Assembly: GCA_036172245.1 (NCBI GenBank) | Contig: JAYWIR010000023.1 | Span: 992,001-1,056,000 of the forward strand | Reading direction: 5' to 3' | Length of the DNA: 64,000 nucleotides | Origin: Raillietiella orientalis | Taxonomy: Eukaryota | In this document: positions 41,100 to 52,722 of the stretch, in pieces | Position numbering within the stretch: position 1 is the first letter of the stretch | Layout of the letters: every line of letters starts with the position of its first letter | Position numbers and translations under genes: made by a program | The notes under the pieces: generated by a model | What the model was told of the DNA's origin: nothing | What the model saw: the letters and a program-made list of their open reading frames with translations, nothing else | Database searches by the model: none

Positions 41100-42700
41100 A
41101 CATACGATTCTCTCTTGGTCAGCTAGTCCACGAGTGCGATAGCATGTAAAAGCCCTCTCCCTAATAATTTCAGGGATATTCATCTAATATGTGTTTATTT
41201 TCACCAAAGATGACGGCAAACCGGTAGAAGACCAGCTGCAGGCTGCTCAGTACAGGTATGGAGCCGTCCCATTGCGCGTATGTGAGTTGATATGCAGTCA
41301 ACTGTTTTTGCATGAAGGAACTCAAAGGGGCGCCCTTCGTGCGAATGAAATCGAAAAGTGGTTGCCGGAATCCAGCACATCGTCTTAGAAGCACATCTTG
41401 TGGAAAGGATTACAAGATTCTTTTCCTCCGTCCTGTTGAGTTGGACCAAGCTTTATGGACAAGGTGTTTCGGTTCCATTCGCAGGCTTCTAACGACATGT
41501 GTTTGCCCTGGAGTCCAAACGGTCACCAGGCCTCTTCGCACTTGCCACCATTGCCAATCGTGTCGTAGCTAACGCGACACAGAAACATCCGTGCTGCGAT
41601 GAAGCATCACGTGTCATTTGATGACCGTACACGACTTCGCCTGCAAATTCCGAGGCTCATCCAGTGAATTTCTTTCATTTTTTCAGGTCCAGGGTTCCAG
41701 TCTTTCGACTGTCCAAAGCAGACCTAGTAGGATCGCCATCACTTCAACGAAGCATCCGGAGCAATGTTACATTTTCCAGGACAGGCATTTAAAGCAGATT
41801 TAGCATGGCTTCAATAACGAGCTTCTAACGGGATTGCAGGAGAGAGACAGTACAGAGTACCTCTCTAGAGAAACGCATCTTGGTCAGCTACAACCATCTT
41901 TAGCAGGCATGCTTCAAGTAGAAGGCTAGCGGCAGCTCCACTTATTCAAACAAGTGACACTGCCGTTTCTTTGAACGAGGGGACGTCACGCTGTGAGTGC
42001 AATTTGGTCTTCTGTTCTTTCTTGAGTCAACATAGGCTTGCTAGATTTGTCTGAACCTGTCATTGACCTGCTCGGTGGAATCAGCCAGATTCCTTTTCAT
42101 AAGACTGCCGATAAATCGCAAAATCCGTTCCCGACGATGGCACACTCATCGTCTTCGTACTCAGGACGTTCTTGTCTCTGCATGCATGGTTTCCAATTGT
42201 GCACTTAGGGAAATCGGTGCATACTGGTTTGGAGACCCTCGTCTGTCTTCATTTCATCATGGCGAAATCTCCTTTCATGCTTTTGGTTTATCGCTAAGAC
42301 CTTCAAGTTCACTCTGGTGGTGAAGCAAGTTGACGAGTTGCCATGTTTTTAAGTTCGATTACGAAGAGAACTGTGTTCAGTGCTGCAATATTCATTACGA
42401 ATCATCATGAACCATCATCGCACTTTTGGATAAGTATTTTGCAACCTCCATGAGCAATCTAACCTCACGCCAATCAACTTCAGTTTCCAATGTGTGAGCT
42501 CAGGAAGATCACCTAAGGTGCACCAGAACCTCAGAACTTTGTAAGAATAACCGGTTTGCAGTTGCAACGCGATCCAGAATCCGTCGTCTCCTCAATATGA
42601 GCATAGCTGAAATCAAGTTCATCACTAATTAAATAGAAAACTTGTTTAGAAGTCGTTTAATTTCATGAACCGTTAACTAAAGATGGCAGTTTGTGATTTC
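41100..42700 (-). mobile_element. Decayed LINE RT relic
   Basis: Minus-strand NQYAPISL (NYRPISL-like) at ~42205-42230 and HLVHKAW-type C-terminal segment at ~41450. Many stops. Confidence 0.45.
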
Positions 42701-43299
42701 CTGCTTTATGCGTTTTTATTCGAAAAATGGAAAATTTCAAGACTGTGGTCCAGCGTGACAGCAATTTCTTCTAAGAAGAGAGGAGATAATCCAAGTTCAT
42801 TGCTTCCATGCATAACATAGAACTTCAAGTAGCAGTCACCATTATTCTGGAAAAAAGTGACACAGGAGAGTGAAACTGAAGAGCTCAGTAAGGCATCAGA
42901 TTTGAACAGCATTGCACGATGATCTCGGTGATGACTGGATAGCAGTCAACAAATCAATGAACTACAGACGCTCTGCACATCAAAGACGTTTCATCGGTAA
43001 TACATGCCGATGCATTCTCAGGTGGATGCTTCAGTCTCGACTGTCTATCGCTACACAGACTTTTTCCATGGTCACGGGATTCAGAAAAACCTCAAAGAAT
43101 TAAAGATAGAAGATTCTTTGTCTTATCGAATTGAAGCACAACTGAAGAATTACTTAATGCCCTTTCTTAAGTGTAATGAATTTAACTAGGCAAAACTGAG
43201 ATTGTTGGAAAATAATACTTTACGGAAACCGAAACATTCATTAGTTGATTAGCTAATGAAGCCAGAGAACCATTCTGGATAAAATGGGCTTGCATTTAT

Positions 43300-44850
43300 C
43301 GAGAGAAAGTAACATGAACCGAACCGAAATCCACCGCTATCGGCAACACGATGCGACTCCTGGGTGACTTGCATCACTTTGACTGGGCAGTCAGCTTTGC
43401 ATTGATAGGTCATCGTGCCCCACACAAGGTTGATTTCTCAAACCGATAATTGGAATTGGAATATGGCATCCTTGAGTCTGGCAGAAGGTCATGGAAAATT
43501 ATTCAAAGATCACAGGTCGTACCCCTGTAGATGCTCTTATTCGAGGAGCTATCTATGCAGACATAAATTCTGTGCAAACCTATGCAAACACGTGCCTTCT
43601 GCAGGTCTTGTTTTTCGTTATCCGTTAGGTTTAGACGGGTTTTAGCATAGAAAGACATATTGCAAGTGTGCAGGACATGCCCTATGGGAAGCCAGTATGT
43701 GTTATGTAACTTGCAAAGATATCTTTTCCATTGCAGAGATCTCTTGTTCCTTGTTTCCCTGTCTTTCTACAAAGAGCATCGAACGTCTTGTGAATTTAAG
43801 AGAAGCAAAGAAGATGGAAATCCCACCCCTAAGGAAACGGCCTAATAATTTTGGTTTTGTTTTACAGATTGTGAAAAATAATCGTTACGGCAAAATAATC
43901 GTTAAGGCTGCTCAAACCTTTACTTACATTCCAAATGTACTGATCGTATTGCAGGATAATTCTGTGCCGCTCACCAATATGAAGGTACATCTTCATGTCA
44001 TCTGTTCGATTACATTCAACCTGGAATATCACAGAATTACATGAATACGAATTCCGAGAGTACCAGCTTGAAGTACAGTGCAAAAGCAATGATAATCCGA
44101 CCTTATAGTATGTGTCCACTTCCTTTATAGTAAGGGACGAATGTTTCACTATTTCGTCGAGGATTGTTTTCGGGACAACATTGAAGAAACTATTTGTTTG
44201 GATAAACGTTTTAATCCCTTCGAACTCCTTTTTCGAAGTTTTGTTTTGTACCTTAAATCTAATTGGAAAAATGTGTCAATTGAACTCCTATACCCTCAGG
44301 CAGAAAATCTATCCGATTCATATTCGCAGAGGAAGCAATCAAAGCCATATTTGAAGCTTTGATTTCTGCCCCTGTAACCGGACAATAAACTCTTCTGGGG
44401 GGATGCGAAAGACGCCTTAGTGATGCATGTTTTTCCACTGTCTGTACACAATGGAATATATGGTACCATATGCACCGAGAACACCCCATAGAAAAATGCT
44501 GAAGGATTCGTGAGCAATAGGAAAGGATTTCTTCTTTCCTCACTGCGCACATGGCAGAATGGATAAGAATTTGATCAAGGAATTACTACCTATCTGTGAT
44601 GAAGCGAAACGACTCCTTTTCCGTGAAAGACTTCTTTGCAAAGACATCTGTTGGCAAGGTGCTGCAAAAAGTAATAGAACCTCCTTTTCTTCTGAAATTA
44701 CGAGCAGAATTTGAATATCCTCTTTCCGAAACCCGCTCACTTAAATAAGAAGCTTATGAATGTGCAGTTTGGCATGAGAGAGGTAATTTCTTTTAAAATA
44801 GTTAGGGACAAAGGATGTGTGCCATCCACTGGATAGCTGCTTGCGGGGGA
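43300..44850 (+). mobile_element. Decayed CR1/L2-like LINE relic
   Basis: LGDLHHFDW (GDFNxxxIDW-like) at ~43360 and TSVGKVLQKVI (TSxxxKxxExxI-like) at ~44645. Confidence 0.4.
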
Positions 44851-44949
44851 GGACGTTGGAGGATCGTATCCAGTGAAAGCAATTATTTTCCTTTCATGCA
44901 TATTGCCCAGTGTGCCACCAAGAGTACCAGAAATCTGAAAAAGAAGAAG

Positions 44950-47451
44950 AAAAAAAAGAATAAAGACAGGATCTTTAAAACGCACTTTCTCAGCATAGCG
45001 ACTTTTGTGGTGATTCAGCTGCAGGTCATCCTGGAGTGAATCAATAACTTTGGGGTCCTTTGGCCACGAGATGGCTTCTACGAGTTAAAGGGCGTGGTGA
45101 AACTTAATTGTGAGGTGCGTGTAACAAGAGAGTGCAACTGACCATAGCGAGATGTATAAGAATTTCAAATTGCTTTACGACCAAGAGAAGGAGCTACAGT
45201 TTCATGCAGCATTTGTTGAAATGAGCCCGATCGTGTTTCGACCTCTGGAGGACGTGGTCTTTCCCGAATCAAGAGGATGGCAGAAGGCGAGCAGAGCTAT
45301 CATTGACTTTGCCAATGTGAATTTTCCTGTTTTCTGAATGGTGTGAAGTCTTTTCGGAAAGGAAGATAAAAAATGCATGGCATCAGAGGAATGCGATCTC
45401 CCACCCCACCCTTCCCCTTCTCATTTGCTGGTAAAAAAAAAAAAAACGGAATCGTCCATCAGCTCGCGTCAACCGAGATCTTCTCGCAGAAAACGAAGTG
45501 TCTTTCGTTGAGGAATTCAGGAGAACTCGATCTTGTACAGCACGTGCTGTACAAGATCACAAGATTTATTGAGAACGTGCTCAATAAATCCACAAGATCT
45601 TCAGTGGTACGAGATGTTCTGATAGGAGGAGTATCTAACACGAGATGCAAACCTTCGCTTCAATCTGAAAGAGATGAACGTCACAAGGGCTTTAGGATCA
45701 GGAGACACCGAAGGGAGTCCAGAAGTACTGCTGTGCATCCTGAACGACCGAAGCGCGGAAGCTTCTAAGGACGAAACAGCGGCTCGATCTCAAGATTCGG
45801 CTGCACAGGAAACTGTTTTCAACGACAAGTGAAGTGCGCCCGCCTGCCACCTTCAAGATGTGAGATCGCAAAGGATAGCGGATGCGCGTATCAAGGCAGT
45901 TTCGGATCTCGGGAAAAAGATCTGGGAAGAACTGGAGTCTTGGGATTTTTTTTGTTTTTGTTTTGTTTCTGCTTTTTGTTTAGGATTAAGGAAGTAAGCG
46001 AAGTCGCATTGTAGTTTTCCGGTACCGTGTGAAAATCCGCGCGATCCGCGCGAAGGTGAGTTTCCGCCTCTCGCACCACCCTTTTTCGATCTATGCGCTT
46101 CCTCCGAACTAGGCTCAGCACCGCTGGCTCAAGAGCAGCAAGCACCCTGCAGGGATTCTTGTTGAGTTTGATTCGACTCGGAGAGATAAGCATCGCTCAC
46201 GCCATCCAAAGCTTTCGTTGGGCAAAGAAGAGTGGCTTGGTTCTCAGCATCCTACCTTCACTTGATCTGTACAGTGGATTCCGAAGAAAGGTTCCATGCC
46301 CGGATAAACGTGATCCTGCCGAGTGACATTCCTGCAAGATCTCGAGTTACCAGCAGAGTACTTCTTACGCTTGTCTGCAAAACGCGTGGAAGTCTTTTTT
46401 AGCACGAGACGCTGCGATGCCAGCGAGCATCTTACTGCAGTATGGCGTGTTGCACCAAATACTGGGAAGGAACAGGTAGTCATAACGGGTGTCGAGATTG
46501 ACGCGGAACATCTTCTTCGGAGTGCCAACTTTGATCTCGGTGTAATAAAATCCCTGAAAAAGAGGAGCCCGAGACCTGAAACGGTTTGTCTACAAGCACT
46601 CACTTTCTCGTACTTCAGTGGTATCATTTCCACTTTGTTTTCTCTTGGCTGTTCCAAACCGCGGATGCTTTCCCCAAAGAGGCGAACGCTGGTGATGCGA
46701 CAAAGTCAGTGAGAGGAGGCGCAAACTGACCACCCCCCCGGGGACCATCAAAATCCCGAAACATCTCGAAAATCGAAGCATACATTTATAACGTATATTA
46801 ATGTGTAAATTTATATGTGGATGAAAATACATTCTAAAGATTGTAAGGAGAATACGTGCCTATTGTGTATATTTTCATATAATAATATGTTTATTAGATG
46901 CATTTATATATATTTATACATGCAATAAATGTATATGAAATGAATACATAAATGTCCAATTATAAACATGCATCTTATCAAACGATCCTGAAAATCCCTC
47001 AAATAGGATTCGTCACTTCCTGCTGGAAGCGACAAGAAAATCAAACACAAAATTTCTTTTTGTTCTTTTAATTTTTGTTGGTCTTCTTTTTTCCACTATT
47101 TTTAATTGTCGCAGTTATTTTTTTTAAATACGGTACCTATATATTCATTTCACATACATTTATTATATATATAAACGTACTTTGATGTACATAATAAGCA
47201 CACGTGTTTATTTTTTGTAATCTTCTCTCTCTATATTAATGCATATTATGAATTGTATTAAAATATATAATAAGCAAATTTATATTATAACCTTTATAAT
47301 ATGTATCATTCTTCAAAATTATATTAATAATATGCATGTTGATAAATATTAACATATATATGTGTGTGCTAAAATAATATTACTATTAATAATACGTTTG
47401 TTAATAAATATTTATCAATAGTGTATATTAAAATGAATCTGTACATTAATC

Positions 47452-47485
<34 letters not shown>

Positions 47486-49400
47486 CATACATAATAAGCA
47501 TATATATTTATTTTTCGGAATCTATATAGTATATTTTAATCCATACATAGATTTATACATTAGTGTATATAATCAGCCAGTGTATTTATTTTTAATATCT
47601 TTCGGGATTTCGGTCGTGGAGGATTTTGGACCGAGCCCCTGCCCGCCTACCTCGCAGCATCCTGAAGTTTGATTAAAATCAGTACCAAGGGGAATCCACA
47701 GAATGAAAGCCATTCCGAGTACTTGGAACTGCGTGAGAGTTTTCCCTGCATATCGGAACTACGGATGCCGAATGGACGAGAAGGGAGATTTTATACCAGA
47801 GCTGCTGGGGCAATACGAGTCGGCATTTGCATTCTCCCCTAATGAAGTCAGCGCTCCATTAATTTTTCCATCATTTCGAAAGTCCTCCACAGTTTTTTGC
47901 TGCGCTTCTGATGACTACGAGGTAATTGTGATACAGTTTATAACCGAACACACTTATAGGCAGCTATCATTTTTGACTTTCCACGAGCTCGAAAGTGGGA
48001 TTTTCCCATCGGCGGTTGAATCGGGGAAGCAGAGGATGAATAATCTTAGAAGATGTCCCTCTTCGTCGGTGCTACGGGAAGCCGCGAAGCATTTGGTACC
48101 CCAGCGCTATGGACGGTGGTCTCGTAGCTGTGGCGCCGTGAATTGGTGGCTGGAGCGAAGCAAGAAATCACTTGAGATCGCAGTTCGCATCGCAGCAGCC
48201 ATCTCGGAGCTCTGGAAGCAGCAGGGAGCAAAGACAAAAAAAGCGCTCCGTTTCGGCCAGTGCACGTCGGGCTGACACTCCATTACTCAACTCAAGGAAT
48301 CTCCGTCAACCCACTCGAGGAACCTCGGGATCAGAAAGTATCCTGGATGAGAGGAGATGAGAGGATGTGGGGAGGGGAGAGAAATACATCTCTTGTCTCC
48401 TTCCCAAAATGAACTGGTGGTTTGGCTTTCCAAAGATTCGACCGTTTATCACGAGTGTTCTGTAATTAGTTGGACTGCAGCTTGCGAGATGCTGCACCTT
48501 CACCGCTTTCTTTCTCAAGATTCCACTCAAAATGAAACCCGGAACGAAGGGGACTCTCCCTTTCAGCTTAACAGAAATCAGCGCTCTTTTTTCTTTCCTT
48601 TTTCCCTTTTGAGTGTGTTTCAGCCTTTAGGACTCCACGCCTTGTCGCTGTTTATTTTTCGGGATGTTTTATCGACATTAGTGCTTGGATTCTGCACAGT
48701 GCTGATCCCGTCTGGATCAGATCTCCCCGAACCTCCAAAATACGCGGTTCGATGCCACAATCCACTGGCTTCACTGAACAAGATGAAATGTAAGGGGAAG
48801 TTGCCACCTGACGCGAAGAATCTCTTCCCCCTGTAAGGCTGATCCTGCACACATCAGTTTCCTTTCAGACGATGTTTGGCTACCAGCTTCGCGCTTCCGT
48901 TGGAAAACTAGATGGCCGGTGAAGCCTCCGCTCCTGAAATGGCTTTCCCTCAATTCTCACAAGAACTTAAATAAGAAGTCAGCTGACTTCGAGCGAGTAA
49001 CGAGGAGCAGCGACCTACCTCCTCTCTGTGATCCGTTCAAAGTGAGCTCGATGAGATCGTTCTGTGCCTGTGTCCTCGCAGCGGGTTTCGATTCTCCCGG
49101 GGTGTTCAGTTAGAATGCCTTTTCTGAGGGCAACCTGATCTTAATGCTGTGATGAAACTTCAAGGAGAGTCGTTAGAAAGGCAAGCGTCGGGAGCAGCAG
49201 CTCTGGATTGGAATTGGCAAACCAAGATCAGCAGTCCCGTAAAATGCTCTGCGTGAACAAATCCACAATCTTCCAGGTTCCAGTAAAAACGAAAAATGCC
49301 TTCCGATAGGTCATGTTTGGTTTCACTTTCCACGAGACGCTTCCCACTTCAAACGAGAAATAATTGGCTGCAGACATGCGAGTTTGAAAAAGACCCCTGA
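44950..49400 (+). pseudogene. Endogenous viral element: degraded L protein (RdRp) of a segmented negative-strand RNA virus (bunya-like)
   Basis: Intronless, frameshifted. Motifs in order: HSDF and PRDGFYELKGVVKLNCEVRVT (endonuclease-like, ~44995-45130); MRF (~46095); KEQV (motif F, 46467); NAGDATK (motif A, 46685-46705); LLGQYESAF (B-like, ~47802); ASDDY (C, 47907); GIFPS (D, ~47997). Boundaries approximate. Confidence 0.7.
46740..47639. mobile_element. AT-rich MITE with imperfect TIRs inserted into the viral RdRp core
   Basis: Left AAATCCCGAAA (46751-46761) versus right TTTCGGGATTT (47600-47610), with GGGG/CCCC outer ends. Internal foldback 46837-46957 vs 47132-47224. (TCTA)n at ~47450. Confidence 0.65.
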
Positions 49401-50387
49401 AGAAGCAGCCATTCCCGGCGTAGCCGCACCGGAATGTGATCCCTTTCTTCACCCTCCCTTTTCTTGTAAATGTTGTTTCATATTTTATTTTTCTTTTTGC
49501 TTGTCCCTTCCCCTTCCGCTGCAGAGTCGAACCTCGCCGGTCTGCTTGCCGGTTACTCGGCAAGTTCCGAACTCCTTCGGACGTTGTAGGGCCGATGGCC
49601 CCACACGTGTTTGTTTATGTCAAAAATAAAGACCCCGGCGCACACGGATGTCAGACGACGTTGACTCGCTGCGTGCCGCGTGGGGAACTGTGGATACCAA
49701 TTTGAAAAAAAAATAAAAGAAAATAAGCTTCCACGAATTACTCGCATGAACTGCGTATGAATGTGCACGTCCCTAATGAGCTCTGGGACCTTGAATACGT
49801 AGTGTGCTCACAGCTACCGTGGCTCTATTGACGTAAATCCTGACACACCCAAAGGTAGCGGGCAACTTCCTGTAACGTAGCGACAGGGAGAGTGCCCTAC
49901 TCGGGTGTCGGAATGCAATTCAGCTTTTCATTCCTGCTGAAAATTTGAAGTTCCTGCTTTCCGAAACAAATGAAGATACATCCTGTTAGTGGACCCAGCA
50001 GAATCTATCGAGAGAGCTACCTCAAGGCATCCTTTCACAAACGCTATTTCTTTACTGATAGTGGCATTCTAGCAGTTTGCGGAGGAGGGTCAAAGTTCTC
50101 GAGAAAGTGTACTCTGGTGAAAATAAATGAGATTGTTTTATCTCATTTATTTGTGTATTTCGATTTTATATGTTGATCGACTCTGCAATGTGCAGTGACC
50201 TCATTAATTTTTAATCAACACATTTTTGAAGTGATGTAAGGCATGCCAACCAAACAAAATGATTCTTCTTTCTTTTTGTTTTTACGTACTGAGTTTGTTC
50301 ACATATTTTTTACATAATTGAAGCCCTAACTGAGGAAAATAATAATTTTCCTCAATTAAGGCTTTAAATGATTCGTTTTGGCAAAAA

Positions 50388-51510
50388 GTGATCGATGTAG
50401 GATGTAAACATCATTTTATTTTTTTTCATTTCGAAGGTAACCGAAAAATGACCTCAAGAAGCAGAATTTTAAAATTGAAGCTATTTGGAGAAAGAATCCA
50501 ACTTAAATGCAAATCCTTATGCATCCCAGAACAAGACATTCGTGTTGATGAATCCTCGTTGTTATGGGAACGGAGATTGCCTTGGAAGAAGAAGAAATAC
50601 CTTCTAAAAGGAGTCGTTTTCGGATGAAATCTTTTGTCTTATGCAAAAGTCAATCTGGATAGATTTGGAATTTCAACGGGGTCAAAATTATTCTCGTTAT
50701 AAGACCGCTACTCGCATCGTTCTTGAACTCTCTCATGACCTATTAGCCCAGGGATATACATTCTATTTGGGTAACTGGTACACAAGTGTAGAACTCACAC
50801 CGAAACCATACACTTGTAAGACAGACGTTATTGGTACAATGGGGCAGTGGAGACTCGGTATCTTTGAGGATATAAAAACAACTTTTCTAAGGTCGGTACA
50901 TTGCGAGATATAATGACAAAATCATGTCATTGAAGTGGTGGGACAAAAGGGATGTACTGTTCCTCAGTACAATATACATGGCTCCAGCCAATGATGGAAA
51001 CGGAGAAACGGGGTGTGGTAAAAAAAATAAAAAAAAAAATAAAAAAAAAGAAGCTTGAAGTGGTTGTTGGCTATGGGAAAAAAAATGGATGGAGTGGATA
51101 GAAGCGATGGTAGAATTGCAGCCCATGCGTTGGCAAGAAAGAGGTTAAAGAAGGAGAATATTTCCCCGTCTTTTAGACGTCATGTGCTCGGATTCATATT
51201 AAATGAAAAAAAAGAATGGAAAATTAAATGGATTCGATTCTTTGCTCGAATGTATTGAACAGATTATTGAGGAATCTTCAACTCTAGAAACTGTGACAGC
51301 TGGTCGACCAGCTACCAAGCCTAACGTCTCATCGGAAAACATTCTCCAAATTTTATGCCATGTACACCATCGAAAACGAGTGCATCGGGAAGATGCATCG
51401 TGTGGTGTTCAAAACAGGGCATTCGTAAGGAAACGCGACGTTGGTGCTCACCCTGGGAGGTGCCACTCTGTGGCGTATCTTTGTTTCGGAAAAGATCGTA
51501 CGGAAAAATC
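50388..51510 (+). mobile_element. piggyBac (PGBD4-like) transposase pseudogene
   Basis: IRVDESSLLW, KRSRFG, IVLELSHDLLAQGYTFYLGNWYTS, KWWDKRDVLFLST, MDGVDRSD and a C-terminal Cys-rich GRCIV..RKETRRWC..VPLC. Frameshifted. Confidence 0.88.
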
Positions 51511-52722
51511 AAGTGGAATCTCTTATATGAGTTTTTCTCTTCTTCTTATGCATGAAGCTTCTTGTTTTCTGTACGATAACGAAATTTTCATGAATAAACC
51601 TTTTTTTCTGTTTCATCGAAATCTACCAACAGATACTTTTGCTGTGCGTTTGCCGCATACCTATCCGTTTTCGCCCCATTCAATTACACACTCGTGGGTG
51701 CGCTTTGGGAAAAAATCCACCCGCTTAGCAGATTGACAGGGAGCAGCTTCTTCTGGAGACGTCATCTCGGTTCCCCTTCGTGTACACAAATGAGAAGAAC
51801 CCACTTCTTCAAACTGGAATAAACAGCACCGCAATGCGATTTCGAGCAGTTCCAAAAATGGGTCCCAATAAAGTTGCAACACGTTGTAGTCAGTATATGG
51901 AGAATTCAGCCCTCTCCCTCAGGAAGTTGCCTCAGGGAAACAAGCAGGAGACTGCCACCGTCCTCGCACTTTCACGTTGGCTCCATTCAGTTTTTGTTTG
52001 GTTTTCTACCAAAGCTACTGCTAATATTCTCCCACCCGAATTGTGGGACCAAATGGAAGCGATCCTATTGAATTGCAAAGATGAAAAGAAAAAAAAAAAA
52101 AAACGGTAATTTTCCTTCTTTTAGAGAATTGGTTTGCAAGCTGCTTTTCGAATATAAGGATTTACTCGAGTCTTTATTGATATTCTGATCATGCACGTGA
52201 TGCAAAACCGACCAAGAGCTCAGTTTTTCGTTTGATTACCTAAGCATTGGTGATTTTTCCCGTCCTGTTTATTTTGGTCGCTTTGTCAGGTTGCCCTATG
52301 TATTCCCATGTAATATACATTACATTAAACAACATTTTGGTGCTGCCTTGAAAGGGTCGCTCCATATAGTTTAAATGTAGAAGACAGACTGCCCGAAACC
52401 GACTATTAAAGTGGACTGCCGAAAGGTAAACTATTGCTTTGATACTCATGTATCGGTATTACTTATGTGTATATGTCAGCAGTCATACCTGTGATATGTA
52501 TTTATGAATGTGTATAATTCTGTCAGATTTATCTGCTCTGTAATTAAACCATTTTTCGAATATGATCACGGCTAAAAGAAGGGCTTGAACTTTTGAAGAA
52601 TAAAGCATTTTAATAGACTGTTCGTATCTTGTCGATCGTGCTTGCAATAGTTGTCAAAGACTGTTTACAGAATCAACGTCCATTCATCATGGACTGTCAA
52701 AATAAGCGTCCGTTCATAACTT

